Source: Candidatus Poribacteria bacterium (lineage in GTDB: Bacteria > Poribacteria > WGA-4E > PCPOR2b). Taken from it: a stretch of DNA of 64,000 nucleotides. Made by a program: the position numbers and the translations under genes. Where the stretch lies: the NCBI GenBank assembly GCA_965116925.1, contig OZ220744.1, positions 704,001 to 768,000 of the forward strand, given 5' to 3'. A model generated the notes under the pieces. It did no database searches, was not told the origin of the DNA, and saw nothing but the letters and a program-made list of their open reading frames with translations. Position 1 is the stretch's first letter; each line of letters starts with the position of its first letter. Positions 21,347 through 31,519 of the stretch are shown here, in pieces.

Positions 21347-22741
21347 TTAAATTTTTAGGATTTTGTTCCGGTTTTGTATAACTGATTTTGTTGCGTTTCG
21401 TGTGTCTACTACCGCAGTGGCGTGATCTACAAGCCAACAGTAATCAATATCGGCATGATCTGTCATAATCACCACACAATCAACACGCTGTACCAATTCC
21501 GCACTCAACTTTGCACAAAGATAACGCGCAGGCTGCCGGTTCTTCGGGGTGAAATCTTCAACCTCCAATTCTGGTACATACGGATCGTGGTATAAAATCT
21601 CACCCCCGCGTTGTGCAAGCATCCGGATGACATCAATAGCCGGTGATTCGCGGACATCCCCAACATTCTTCTTATAGGCAACGCCCATAATCAAGATTTT
21701 CGATCCGTTGATCGCTTTCTGGTGTTGGTTGAGTGCATCGATAGTTTTGCTGAGTACATACTCTGGCATTGAGCCGTTGATTTCACTTGCAAGCTCGATG
21801 AAACGCGCGTGAAACTCGTAAGTTTTTGCTTTCCACGACAGGTAATGTGGATCGACGGGAATACAGTGGCCGCCTAGCCCCGGCCCCGGGTAGAACGGCA
21901 TAAATCCAAACGGTTTTGTGGCGGCAGCATCGACAATTTCCCATACGTCCAATCCCATCTGGTCGCACATCAGTGCCATTTCGTTGACGAGACCGATATT
22001 GACGCTCCGGAAGGTATTTTCCAAGAGCTTGGCCATTTCCGCTACTCTTGTCGAAGAGACTGCATGAACTTCCTGAATGAACTGCTTATAAAAGTGTTGG
22101 GCGACCTGCGTGCATGTAGGCGTTATCCCCCCAACGATTTTCGCCGTGTTTGCGGTGGAGTATGTTGCATTACCCGGATCGATCCGTTCAGGAGAAAAAG
22201 CGAGAAAAAAATCTTCACCGACCTGCAAGCCGCTTTTTTCAAGCTTCGGCAGCACAACCTCCTCTGTTGTACCGGGGTAGGTTGTACTCTCCAAAATAAT
22301 CAACTGATCTTTGCGTAAATATTGCGCGATTTCATCTACTGCGGAGATGATAAAACTCATATCCGGATCCTTACTCTTGCGCAACGGTGTGGGTACGCAA
22401 ATATTAATCGTATCTAATTCTCTCAGGATCCGATAGTCGGTTGTCGCTTGAATCTGCCCTCGATGGACGAAGGACACAAGATCTTCAGATGGAACATCGG
22501 AGACAACCGAAATCCCGTTCTGAATACATTTAACCTTGCGACGGTCCACATCGATACCGGTAACAGAAAAACCGGCTTTTGCCATGGTTACCGCAAGTGG
22601 AAGCCCGACATAGCCAAGTCCGATAACGCCTGCGTATGCAGTCTGATTTTCGATTTTCTTTTCGATCATCTGCTGAGGGCTTTCACGATTTTTGGGGCTT
22701 CGATCCCGATCTTTTAGATCGAGGCTCAGACTCTCGGTCAA
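21347..22741 (-). CDS. UDP-N-acetylhexosamine/nucleotide-sugar 6-dehydrogenase (WbpA/WecC-like)
   Basis: GLGYVGLP, CVPTP, ESTTYPGTT, SPERIDPG, GGHCIPVDP; start uncertain. Confidence 0.93.
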   Translation of the reverse strand: MTESLSLDLKDRDRSPKNRESPQQMIEKKIENQTAYAGVIGLGYVGLPLAVTMAKAGFSVTGIDVDRRKVKCIQNGISVVSDVPSEDLVSFVHRGQIQATTDYRILRELDTINICVPTPLRKSKDPDMSFIISAVDEIAQYLRKDQLIILESTTYPGTTEEVVLPKLEKSGLQVGEDFFLAFSPERIDPGNATYSTANTAKIVGGITPTCTQVAQHFYKQFIQEVHAVSSTRVAEMAKLLENTFRSVNIGLVNEMALMCDQMGLDVWEIVDAAATKPFGFMPFYPGPGLGGHCIPVDPHYLSWKAKTYEFHARFIELASEINGSMPEYVLSKTIDALNQHQKAINGSKILIMGVAYKKNVGDVRESPAIDVIRMLAQRGGEILYHDPYVPELEVEDFTPKNRQPARYLCAKLSAELVQRVDCVVIMTDHADIDYCWLVDHATAVVDTRNATKSVIQNRNKILKI

Positions 22742-22899
22742 AACCTGAAGATTCTCGATTTTGCCGGAACCTTATGGGGTCTACTATAAATACTATCATA
22801 TCGTTGTGAGATACATCAATGCTTAATGTGAAAGACAGGGGGCTTAATGCACCAAATTGATACGACTTACCCCGAATGAACCAATCCCATTACCACGTT

Positions 22900-23748
22900 T
22901 CATGCCTCCCGCGGTACAAACTTCTGTATCCGCTGCCCCGCTAACACCTCACCTACATAGAGTGCATCTTGAGAATCTGTCCAGACCGCGTGAGGCGCGA
23001 CAAACTCACCGGGAGCGTGACTTGATTCACCGCCCATCCTTGTTAGAACTGCCCCGTCGAGGTTTAGGATACTGACCCGGTGCTGTAGTTCAGAAACGTA
23101 GAAACGCCCATCCGCATCGAGGAAGAAATCGGTTGGTTGGCGAAATCCTGTCCACTGATCGATGAACCCGCCTTGAGGGTCGAAAATCTGAATACGATGA
23201 TTCTCCCGATCTGCGACATAGACGCGATCGTTGTCATTGACCCAGATGCTGTGAGGCAGATTGAATTCACCGGGACCGTCACCGGGCGTACCCCACGATA
23301 GAAGATGTTCTCCTTCGGCGGAGAATTTGTGTACTCGTGTGTTTCCGTAGCCATCGGAAACATAAATTTCACCGGCGGATGACAACGCGGCATCCGTCGG
23401 ATGATTAAACGGTTCACCGTCAGAGGGTTGATCAAGCGTGCCTATCGTCATCAGAAGTTCGCCCTCCGGCGTATATTTCAATACTGCATGCAACCACCGG
23501 TCAACAAGATAGATCATATCTGTCTCGTCAATGAAGATACCGTGTGCATGCTTCAAAAATCCTTCTCCCCAGGTATTGAGTATGTTGCCGTCGCTGTCAA
23601 AAACAATCATGGGGTGCTCCCCACGATTGTAAACGTAAATTCGATCTTGGGAATCAACAGCAACTCCAGCTACCTGTGTGAACTCCCACCCTTCTGGAAG
23701 TTGTCCCCATCCTTCGACAACCTGATATGTAAGGCTATGAGATGCCAT
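22900..23748 (-). CDS. NHL-repeat protein, peptidyl-alpha-hydroxyglycine lyase-like
   Basis: YVSDGYGN, FNLPH, VADRENHRIQ NHL repeats. Confidence 0.85.
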   Translation of the reverse strand: MASHSLTYQVVEGWGQLPEGWEFTQVAGVAVDSQDRIYVYNRGEHPMIVFDSDGNILNTWGEGFLKHAHGIFIDETDMIYLVDRWLHAVLKYTPEGELLMTIGTLDQPSDGEPFNHPTDAALSSAGEIYVSDGYGNTRVHKFSAEGEHLLSWGTPGDGPGEFNLPHSIWVNDNDRVYVADRENHRIQIFDPQGGFIDQWTGFRQPTDFFLDADGRFYVSELQHRVSILNLDGAVLTRMGGESSHAPGEFVAPHAVWTDSQDALYVGEVLAGQRIQKFVPREA

Positions 23749-23961
23749 GCGATAACTTCTCCTGTTCTGGTCTAACTATTCGTCCATAAGAATGTTCTGT
23801 AACATTGTGCGTCTAGGACGTGATACAATCGCGCTTTTCTCACGTCTCACGCATTACTTTATCGTGGAAAAAAATAGTTAGGAGCTCTGCCCCGCTTTCA
23901 TCTTTATTTTTATAGTGTCGCAGAAATTTATCCGTTTGTCAATAGAATACTTTGTGATGAT

Positions 23962-24285
23962 TAGGGGCATTTAATTCTCCGTATATTATTGTCTGAATCG
24001 CGGATTAACACGGATTAACGGATTACACGGATTAAAGACGACAGCCATACCGACCTTAACAATGTACAATGAATGCGCGACGCCCAACGGCGGGGAGACC
24101 AGATGCCCCGCCTACCGGGTGTGGATAGAATGTGCGACTACGAACAACGGGACATGACCTAAAATCGAAAACTATAGTAGATTTTAGAATTAATGGGACA
24201 CGCCAAACCGGTGCGGTTACAAACCGCACCTACCGGGGGGGTGCCAGTGTTTCTTTATTTTTTGAATTCACTATAAATGACCCTA
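23962..24285. mobile_element. MITE family K copy 2 (family A inside the right TIR)
   Basis: TAGGGGCATTTA...TAAATGACCCTA; flanks TTGTGATGAT / TTGTGATGAC. Confidence 0.75.
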
Positions 24286-24317
24286 TTGTGATGACAAGAT
24301 TGGGCAAATCTGATATA

Positions 24318-24658
24318 ATAGCGCAAGTTGCTAGTACTCAGTCATATAAGTTTTGCATATCAACAAGGGGTTCGGGTGACCCGACCCCTACGAAGTATTA
24401 TGAGTCTCAATCCATATAGACAATCATAATTTGCCTGACAGTGTACTAGTTGATAGACCAAGCAGTATAAACCGAGTTTTTTCTTCAAAACTCGGTTTCT
24501 GTCTGATTCTAACGACTTGAGTTATGTTATAGAATCCCAGTAGTAGTGCACATGTTGCCAATCGTGGTGCAGATTGCCTAATCTGCGATCCTCCGCATTG
24601 TATTACGTTTCGTTTCACGATTCAAACAAACACCGGAACAACTAGCAACTTAGGTTAT
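24318..24658. mobile_element. MITE family F with REP cargo
   Basis: ATAGCGCAAGTTGCTAG / CTAGCAACTTAGGTTAT imperfect TIR; second copy at 34235-34465. Confidence 0.55.
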
Positions 24659-24760
24659 AATAGGCATTAAGTATCGTCTATCAACAAAAAATGGACGAGC
24701 AAGCAGGGATAAAGGTTTGCTCGTCCTTAAATTTTATAAAGGCACACATTATACAGATTT

Positions 24761-24981
24761 TATAGTAGATTTTAGAATTAATGGGACACGCCAAACCGGT
24801 GCGGTTACATGAAAATTAAAAAAACAGTTCGGTAATTTGCTAACGACGCCGGCGCGGTTGAAAACCGCGCCTACCGTGTGTTTCGAGGAAAATCGGGATT
24901 ACCGATTTAAATACTTAAATCTCATCAAACCGCACCTACCGGGGGAGCGCAAGTGTTTCTTTATCTTTTGAATTTACTATA
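24761..24981. mobile_element. MITE family A (TA-flanked) with nested family B at 24809-24925
   Basis: TATAGTAGATTTTAGAAT...GAATTTACTATA; other A copies at 13239-13316, 24173-24275, 40582-40794, 46808-47026, 51302-51403, 52130-52283. Confidence 0.8.
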
Positions 24982-25007
24982 GTTTCGACATCAAAACCTA
25001 AAACAAA

Positions 25008-26009
25008 TTGGCTATGCTCAACCGGAAACCGTGTTTCGTTATCTTCTTATGTCTTATGAATTTGATGAGCGTCTGCGATGCCGATGAAAATGACGCTTGG
25101 GACAAACCCTTGGAATCTTTCACACTGGAGGGACATAGTGCTGCAGTATTTTCTGTTGTTTTCTCCCCCGATGGTGAAATTTTGGCAAGCGGAAGCAGCG
25201 ATAAGACGGTCAAGCTGTGGGACGTGAACACTCGGAAATTGAAACGAACGCTGGAGGGACATGCCGAGATGGTGACGGCAGTCGGTTTCTCGCCAGACGG
25301 AAAGACGCTAGCGAGCGGGAGTTGGGACAAAACTGTACAGCTATGGGACATACAGACAGGAAAGCAGAAAGCGGTGCTAAAACACAGCGGTCGGGTGCAT
25401 GCGTTAGCCTTCTCAGGGAGTGGAGCGATACTCGCAAGTGGAGATTCTGACGAGATAGTGAGGTTATGGAACGCACAGACCGGTGGGCTGAGACAAACGC
25501 TAACGGGGAGCAATGGTCCAGTGTTAGCAGTTGCCTTCTCGCCCGATGGCAGAACGCTGGCGAGCGGAGGCGAACTGGATAACACCGTGGTCAGACTATG
25601 GGATGTACAGACCGGGAGGTTAGAAAGAACGCTAAAATGGCGGAGAGTTGAGGCTGTGAGAGGAATAGCTTTTTCTCCTGATGGGCTGATCTTAGCAAAC
25701 GGGAGCAGTCGCCCGGAAGAAAATACAATAAGATTCTGGGACACGCGGACATGGGAACCGGTCCGAGCGGTCACAGGGCATCGGCAGGGAGTGACCTCCG
25801 TAGTTTTCTCACCTGACAACAAAATTCTGGCGAGTGGAAGTTGGGACAGGCATGTACAATTGTGGGATGTACAAACCGGAGGGTTCATGCAGGCGTTGAG
25901 TGGGCATAGCGGTGCGGTATTTTCTGTTGTTTTCTCGCCCGATGGCAAAATGTTGGCGAGTGGAAGTGCTGACAAGACTGTGAGACTGTGGAAAATCGCT
26001 ATGCAGTAA
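25008..26009 (+). CDS. WD40-repeat beta-propeller protein with putative signal peptide
   Basis: Seven GH...FSPDG..LASGS.D..V.LW repeats; hydrophobic N-terminus. Confidence 0.93.
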   Translation: MAMLNRKPCFVIFLCLMNLMSVCDADENDAWDKPLESFTLEGHSAAVFSVVFSPDGEILASGSSDKTVKLWDVNTRKLKRTLEGHAEMVTAVGFSPDGKTLASGSWDKTVQLWDIQTGKQKAVLKHSGRVHALAFSGSGAILASGDSDEIVRLWNAQTGGLRQTLTGSNGPVLAVAFSPDGRTLASGGELDNTVVRLWDVQTGRLERTLKWRRVEAVRGIAFSPDGLILANGSSRPEENTIRFWDTRTWEPVRAVTGHRQGVTSVVFSPDNKILASGSWDRHVQLWDVQTGGFMQALSGHSGAVFSVVFSPDGKMLASGSADKTVRLWKIAMQ

Positions 26010-26038
26010 AATTGGGTGTATACAAAGGAATCCGACTA

Positions 26039-27478
26039 ATGCTAAAAAAGAAACACTTTCGTTATCGAGATATTGATGCACTACGGGCTGAGATTGCCGA
26101 ACTTGGACTGAGCATCCGCCTCGAAGAAAAGATTGAAAAACTCCTTGAGCCTGTCCGAATTGGGCACAAAATCGCCGGTAACGCATTCGGTATCCACCCG
26201 ATGGAGGGATGTGACGGCACACTTGACGGCAAACCGAGCGAACTCACCATTCGTCGTTGGGAGCGATTTGGACGTGGCGGTGCAAAGTTGATATGGGGCG
26301 AAGCGACAGCACTCTTCGATGAAGTGAAGTCAAACAGTCGTCAATTGGTGATTAACGACGAGACTGCGAGTTCGATGGAGTCGATACTCAATTTAACGCG
26401 CAACGCTCACCGAGAGGAGTTCGGTCCCAATGAAGAAATCATCGTTGGAATGCAGCTGACCCATTCAGGGCGGTATAGCTATCAGAAACCGTTAATCGCT
26501 TTTCGCCACCCTGTTGTTGACAAAGTTACACTAATCGATAAGAAAAACAAAATTCCTATCCCTGATGACTATCCTGTACTGAGCGATGATTATCTGGAGC
26601 GTCAGGAGGATATCTTTGTAGAAGCCGCTAAGTTGGCGTGGAAGACAGGGTTCGACTTTGTTGACCTCAAACAGTGTCATACTTACCTGCTCTCCGAACT
26701 TTTAGCAGCCAAAACACGAGAAGGAAAGTACGGCGGCAGTTTTGAGAACCGCACTCGGTTTATCCGCAACATTGTCGGTAAGATTCGAGCGGAAGTTGGA
26801 GATGATCTTATCCTTGCCACGCGCCTCAACGTCTACGACGGTGTGGCTTACATGGAGGATCCAGAGACAACGGTAGGGATTCCACGGGACATCCCAAGGC
26901 CCTATCTTTACGGGTTCGGTGTTGACGAAAATAATCCGCCACAGCCGGATATGAGTGAGCCAATCAAGCTGGTCGGAGTCCTCAAGGAACTTGGGGTGAA
27001 ATTGGTTAACGTCACCACAGGAAGTCCGTATTTCAATCCACATATCGGTCGTCCATTTGAACGTCCACCGATTGACGGTTACGAAACCCCCGAACACCCA
27101 CTGATCGGTGTGGATCGACATATCCGACTGACGGGAGAAATCCAGCGAGCGTACCCAGGCCTACCAGTGGTCGGCACAGGCTACAGTTGGCTGCAGCAGT
27201 ATCTGGTCAACGCCGCTGAGGCGAACCTTCGAGATGGGCGTGTCAGTTTTGTTGCAGTAGGACGTGGTGCGTTGGCATACCCCGACTACGCAAGGGATAC
27301 GATTGAAGGGGGAGAAATGGTTAAGCAAAAGGTCTGCGTTGCGGTCAGCTACTGTACCGCGTTGATGCGTGCAAAAGCGAATCCGCTTGGACAATTTGCC
27401 GCCGGCTGCGTTCCCCGCGATAAAATTTACGCCCCGATTTACAAAGAAGCGGAAAGAACGCTGACCCAACGCGACTGA
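26039..27478 (+). CDS. NADH:flavin oxidoreductase (Old Yellow Enzyme superfamily)
   Basis: HPMEGCD, QLTHSGR, GFDFVDLKQCHTYL, YGGSFENRTRF. Confidence 0.9.
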   Translation: MLKKKHFRYRDIDALRAEIAELGLSIRLEEKIEKLLEPVRIGHKIAGNAFGIHPMEGCDGTLDGKPSELTIRRWERFGRGGAKLIWGEATALFDEVKSNSRQLVINDETASSMESILNLTRNAHREEFGPNEEIIVGMQLTHSGRYSYQKPLIAFRHPVVDKVTLIDKKNKIPIPDDYPVLSDDYLERQEDIFVEAAKLAWKTGFDFVDLKQCHTYLLSELLAAKTREGKYGGSFENRTRFIRNIVGKIRAEVGDDLILATRLNVYDGVAYMEDPETTVGIPRDIPRPYLYGFGVDENNPPQPDMSEPIKLVGVLKELGVKLVNVTTGSPYFNPHIGRPFERPPIDGYETPEHPLIGVDRHIRLTGEIQRAYPGLPVVGTGYSWLQQYLVNAAEANLRDGRVSFVAVGRGALAYPDYARDTIEGGEMVKQKVCVAVSYCTALMRAKANPLGQFAAGCVPRDKIYAPIYKEAERTLTQRD

Positions 27479-27515
27479 CCGTTAACGATTTATTTTTGCA
27501 GAAAGAATGAGATAA

Positions 27516-28625
27516 ATGCCCACACGAGAATTGCCCCTTAAAGCCGCCATGGTTGGTCTTCACATCCATGCCGGCAGCCTTCACCCCGATAAAAACCACG
27601 GTCTGCTCAAATCGTTCAAAGGGCAGGAAGGTGTTGAGATTGTAGCGTACTGCGAATCCTCACCCGATCAGGCAGAGGTACTAGATGAAATTCGTCTCGC
27701 CGATCCAGGTGCCCGTATCTACACCGACCTCGACAGTTTGATGGCGAACGAGGATTTCGACTTTGCTGTCATTATGCTGCCCCCCAATGAGGCAACGCCC
27801 GCGGCCCTACAGCTAGCGGAGTCAGGCAAACACCTCTTCATTGAAAAACAGGCTGCGCGTACCGCCGCAGATATGCGAGAACTCTGCGATGTCGTTGCGG
27901 ACAAAGCGTTGGTGACGCAGGTAGGCTACCCGTGGTCCCATCACCCCGTGCCAATCGAGATGAAACGTCTCATTGATGCCGGTGCCCTTGGACGGTTGGT
28001 GGATATGGAGGCGCGCCTCGTTACGGTTCAGGTGAAGCCGGGACTCCGTGAACCGGATTTCTGGATGTATCGAAGCGAGAGCGAAGGAGGCGGTATCCTT
28101 CATATGGAAGGTGGGCACTGGCTGACACTGTTCCGCTTTTTCAGCGACGCGGAGGTGAAATCGGTGACAGCACTCTGTGGAAGGGGGACAGGCTACATCG
28201 AGGAAGGCTTGGAGGATGTGGCGACGGTTGCGCTAGAGTTTGACAACGGTGTCCACGCCTGCTTGCACATGGGGTATCTACTGTCCGGCGCAGGACCCCG
28301 GAATGATACCTACTTTGGACTTCGGGGAACACTCGGTGCTGCGACGTGGCAGCCCACCGGCGAAGGCAACTTCACCGTTAACAGCATGGCACCGGGCTGG
28401 GAGGCTGCGCCGGAGCGGCAATTCAGCATGGAAATCGCAAAACGTCCGGTATATGCGGATCAGTGGGGCTACGAGTTCGTCGCCGAATTTATCCGTGCGA
28501 TTCGTCAAGGTGGCGAGATAACGGTCAGCATCCACGATGCCTATCGCGTGATGCAGATTATCGACGCCAGCTACGAATCTTCTCGGACCGGACGGCGAAT
28601 CGAGTTGAGTTCATCTCTTGGATGA
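27516..28625 (+). CDS. Gfo/Idh/MocA oxidoreductase
   Basis: GKHLFIEK, GGGIL...H, ASYESSRTG. Confidence 0.88.
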   Translation: MPTRELPLKAAMVGLHIHAGSLHPDKNHGLLKSFKGQEGVEIVAYCESSPDQAEVLDEIRLADPGARIYTDLDSLMANEDFDFAVIMLPPNEATPAALQLAESGKHLFIEKQAARTAADMRELCDVVADKALVTQVGYPWSHHPVPIEMKRLIDAGALGRLVDMEARLVTVQVKPGLREPDFWMYRSESEGGGILHMEGGHWLTLFRFFSDAEVKSVTALCGRGTGYIEEGLEDVATVALEFDNGVHACLHMGYLLSGAGPRNDTYFGLRGTLGAATWQPTGEGNFTVNSMAPGWEAAPERQFSMEIAKRPVYADQWGYEFVAEFIRAIRQGGEITVSIHDAYRVMQIIDASYESSRTGRRIELSSSLG

Positions 28626-28682
28626 TGTGATTTGTGAAGCGGGACGTTGCTATTCTAAGATCATTAAGCAGGAGGATATGCG

Positions 28683-30098
28683 GTGGCAACCATAATTCCT
28701 TTTTTTGAACAGGTCAACCTGAACTTTGATAAAGCTGCGCGGTTCACCAAACATTCCGAAGGTCTGCTACAGCAGATTAAAATTTGCAATAGCGTTTATC
28801 ACATGACCTTCCCGATTAAAAAGGACGATGGAACAATCGAGACAATTCACGCATGGCGAGCGGAGCATAGTCAACATAAACTCCCAACGAAAGGTGGAAT
28901 CCGTTACAGTACGTTGGTAAATGAAGATGAAGTGATGGCACTTGCGGCGTTGATGACGTACAAATGTGCCATCGTTGATGTGCCCTTCGGTGGGGCAAAA
29001 GGCGGCGTGCAGATCGACCGCAAACGATATTCTCTGAGTGAGTTGGAGCGCATCACCCGGCGTTATACCTACGAATTGATCCAGAAGAATTTCATCGGAC
29101 CGGGAGTAGATGTTCCGGCACCGGATTTCGGTACGGGGGAACGCGAAATGGCATGGATTCTGGACACGTATAAGACAATGACGGCTGAAAAATTAGATGT
29201 GGCCGCGTGCGTTACTGGAAAGCCAATCGCTGAGGAGGGGGTGCATGGGAGACAGGAAGCGACGGGTAGAGGGATTTACTTCGGACTTCAAGAGGTGTGT
29301 CGCTCTGCTGAAGATATGAAAGCACTCGGTCTGCAGCCGGGTTTGGCGGGAAAGTCGGTTGCCGTGCAAGGGTTCGGCAATGTCGGTTATCACGCTGCGA
29401 AATTTTTGCAGGAAGGTGGTGCCCTTATCGTTGGTATAGCGGAACAGACTGGTGCCATTCATAATCCCAAGGGGTTAGATGTAGAAAAAGTTTTCTCGTA
29501 TCGTAACGAAACGGGTTCAATCCTCAACTTTCCCGGCGCAACCACATACCAGAATCCTGCCGACGTTCTTGAGTTGGAATGCGATATACTGATTCCAGCG
29601 GCACTTGAAAATCAGATTACCGATGAGAACGCCGACCGGATTAAAGCCAAAATCATCGGCGAAGCCGCGAACGGTCCCACAACTTTTGAAGCGAATGAGT
29701 CCCTTAGAAAAAGAGGCGTGATGGTTATTCCCGATACTTACCTGAATGCGGGTGGCGTAACAGTTTCCTATTTTGAATGGCTTAGAAACCTTTCACATGT
29801 GCGATTTGGACGGTTGGGAAAACGGTTTGAGGAGAGTGTCCATACAAATATGCTAAAGGTAATTGAGAAGATAACGGGGAAGGAACTTACCCCGGCGGAG
29901 ATGCAACAGTTAGCACATGGGCCGGATGAAGCGGACTTAGTCAACTCCGGGCTTGAAGATACGATGATTGTTGCATATAATGAGATTCGGGAGACCCAAA
30001 AGCAGAACAGAGAAGAGGTCGACTTGAGAACGGCTGCGTTTATCAATGCAATTAACATAATCGCGACATCCTATATGGAATTAGGTATCTTTCCGTAA
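28683..30098 (+). CDS. gdhA: Glutamate dehydrogenase (Glu/Leu/Phe/Val family)
   Basis: [48 protein letters not shown]. Confidence 0.95.
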   Translation: MATIIPFFEQVNLNFDKAARFTKHSEGLLQQIKICNSVYHMTFPIKKDDGTIETIHAWRAEHSQHKLPTKGGIRYSTLVNEDEVMALAALMTYKCAIVDVPFGGAKGGVQIDRKRYSLSELERITRRYTYELIQKNFIGPGVDVPAPDFGTGEREMAWILDTYKTMTAEKLDVAACVTGKPIAEEGVHGRQEATGRGIYFGLQEVCRSAEDMKALGLQPGLAGKSVAVQGFGNVGYHAAKFLQEGGALIVGIAEQTGAIHNPKGLDVEKVFSYRNETGSILNFPGATTYQNPADVLELECDILIPAALENQITDENADRIKAKIIGEAANGPTTFEANESLRKRGVMVIPDTYLNAGGVTVSYFEWLRNLSHVRFGRLGKRFEESVHTNMLKVIEKITGKELTPAEMQQLAHGPDEADLVNSGLEDTMIVAYNEIRETQKQNREEVDLRTAAFINAINIIATSYMELGIFP

Positions 30099-30114
30099 AT
30101 TACCTGAAGGAGTT

Positions 30115-31242
30115 TTGATGAAAATTACACATATCGGTTCAGTCCTGTTGAAACCCACCGGTTGGGTGCTAATCAAAGTCAAGACCGATGAAGGCATCAC
30201 CGGTATCGGGGAAGCCTACCACGGGGCAGGGGTCCATCAAATCGCCGTAGACGAGCGGTTGACGCGACCATTAATCGGTCAAGACCCACGTAACGTCGAT
30301 AAACTGTTCCGCGATATGATGGGTGCTATGTCCGCGTCCGGTTTTTATCAAGGTGCCGTGATGAGTGCTATCAGCGGGATAGAAAGTGCACTGTGGGACA
30401 TCACCGGACAGGCGGCTGGCGTTCCGATTTGGCAGCTACTCGGAGGCAAGTTTCGCGATAAAATACGGATTTATAACGATTGTCATGCCGGCGAAACAGA
30501 GACCCCCGAAGCTTACGCAGCCAAAGCGCGGGAAGTTGAAGCGCGGGGTTTTACCGCCATCAAGTTTGACATTGACCCGCTGCCGTCCCGCCGAGACCGA
30601 TACAATCGCTGCATCAGCAACGACGACATCGCCCACTATGTCGAGATAGTAACCGCTGTCCGCGAAAGTTTAGATTCTAACACCGACCTCGCGATAGATG
30701 CCCACTGGTTTTACGCTCCGGTGGACATTCTGAAAGTCGCACACGCCTTTGAGGATCTCGATCTACTCTGGTTGGAAGATCCCATCCCACCCGAAAACAT
30801 AGCAGCGATGGAAGGTGTCACGAAATCCACGCGCACGCCGATCTGCACCGGCGAGAATTTCTACACCCGATTTGGCTTCCGAGACCTGATCGAAACCCAA
30901 GCAGCAGACATTATTTCGCCAGATATGGCAAAGGCGGGAGGGCTTTTAGAGGGCAGACGCATCGCAGACCTAGCGGATATGTACTACATCCCCATCGCTC
31001 CACACAATATCGGCAGTCCCATCCAAACTGTTGCAAACTGTCATGTGATGGCGGCGGTGCCTAACTTCCTTGTCTTGGAATTCCATCACTTGGACAACGC
31101 GTTTTGGGCAGGTATCATTAATGAAGGACCTTTAATTGAAGAAGGTCACATTGATGTGCCAAATCTACCCGGATTGGGGGTCACTTTGAATGAGGATCTA
31201 CTTAAAAATAACTTCAGGGAAGAATTCGGATTCTTTGATTGA
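30115..31242 (+). CDS. Mandelate racemase/muconate lactonizing enzyme family dehydratase
   Basis: ALWDITG, KFD, DAH, WLEDP, TGEN, APHN. Confidence 0.92.
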   Translation: MMKITHIGSVLLKPTGWVLIKVKTDEGITGIGEAYHGAGVHQIAVDERLTRPLIGQDPRNVDKLFRDMMGAMSASGFYQGAVMSAISGIESALWDITGQAAGVPIWQLLGGKFRDKIRIYNDCHAGETETPEAYAAKAREVEARGFTAIKFDIDPLPSRRDRYNRCISNDDIAHYVEIVTAVRESLDSNTDLAIDAHWFYAPVDILKVAHAFEDLDLLWLEDPIPPENIAAMEGVTKSTRTPICTGENFYTRFGFRDLIETQAADIISPDMAKAGGLLEGRRIADLADMYYIPIAPHNIGSPIQTVANCHVMAAVPNFLVLEFHHLDNAFWAGIINEGPLIEEGHIDVPNLPGLGVTLNEDLLKNNFREEFGFFD

Positions 31243-31519
31243 ATCAGAAGAAATTACAACTAACGCAGGCTGCCATCTATAGTAATAACCAATGGTGCTA
31301 GTACTCTGTCACATAAGTTTTGGAATTATTATATATGTGAGGGGTGTGCATGTGTAGCCATCTTAGTAGATTAACCGTATTGCTGTGCATACACATTGCG
31401 CTCCGCATGAAGATTAATTTATTAATTGGGTAATTTCCGAAGCAACTTGGAGTACAACTAGGCAAACTGTACGCGGCGACAGTCGCGGTACGGTTTGGAT
31501 GGGAGGAAAATTGCATTAA

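Noticed and set aside
24998..25975. 325-aa antisense ORF
   Set aside because: Shadow frame of the WD40 gene.
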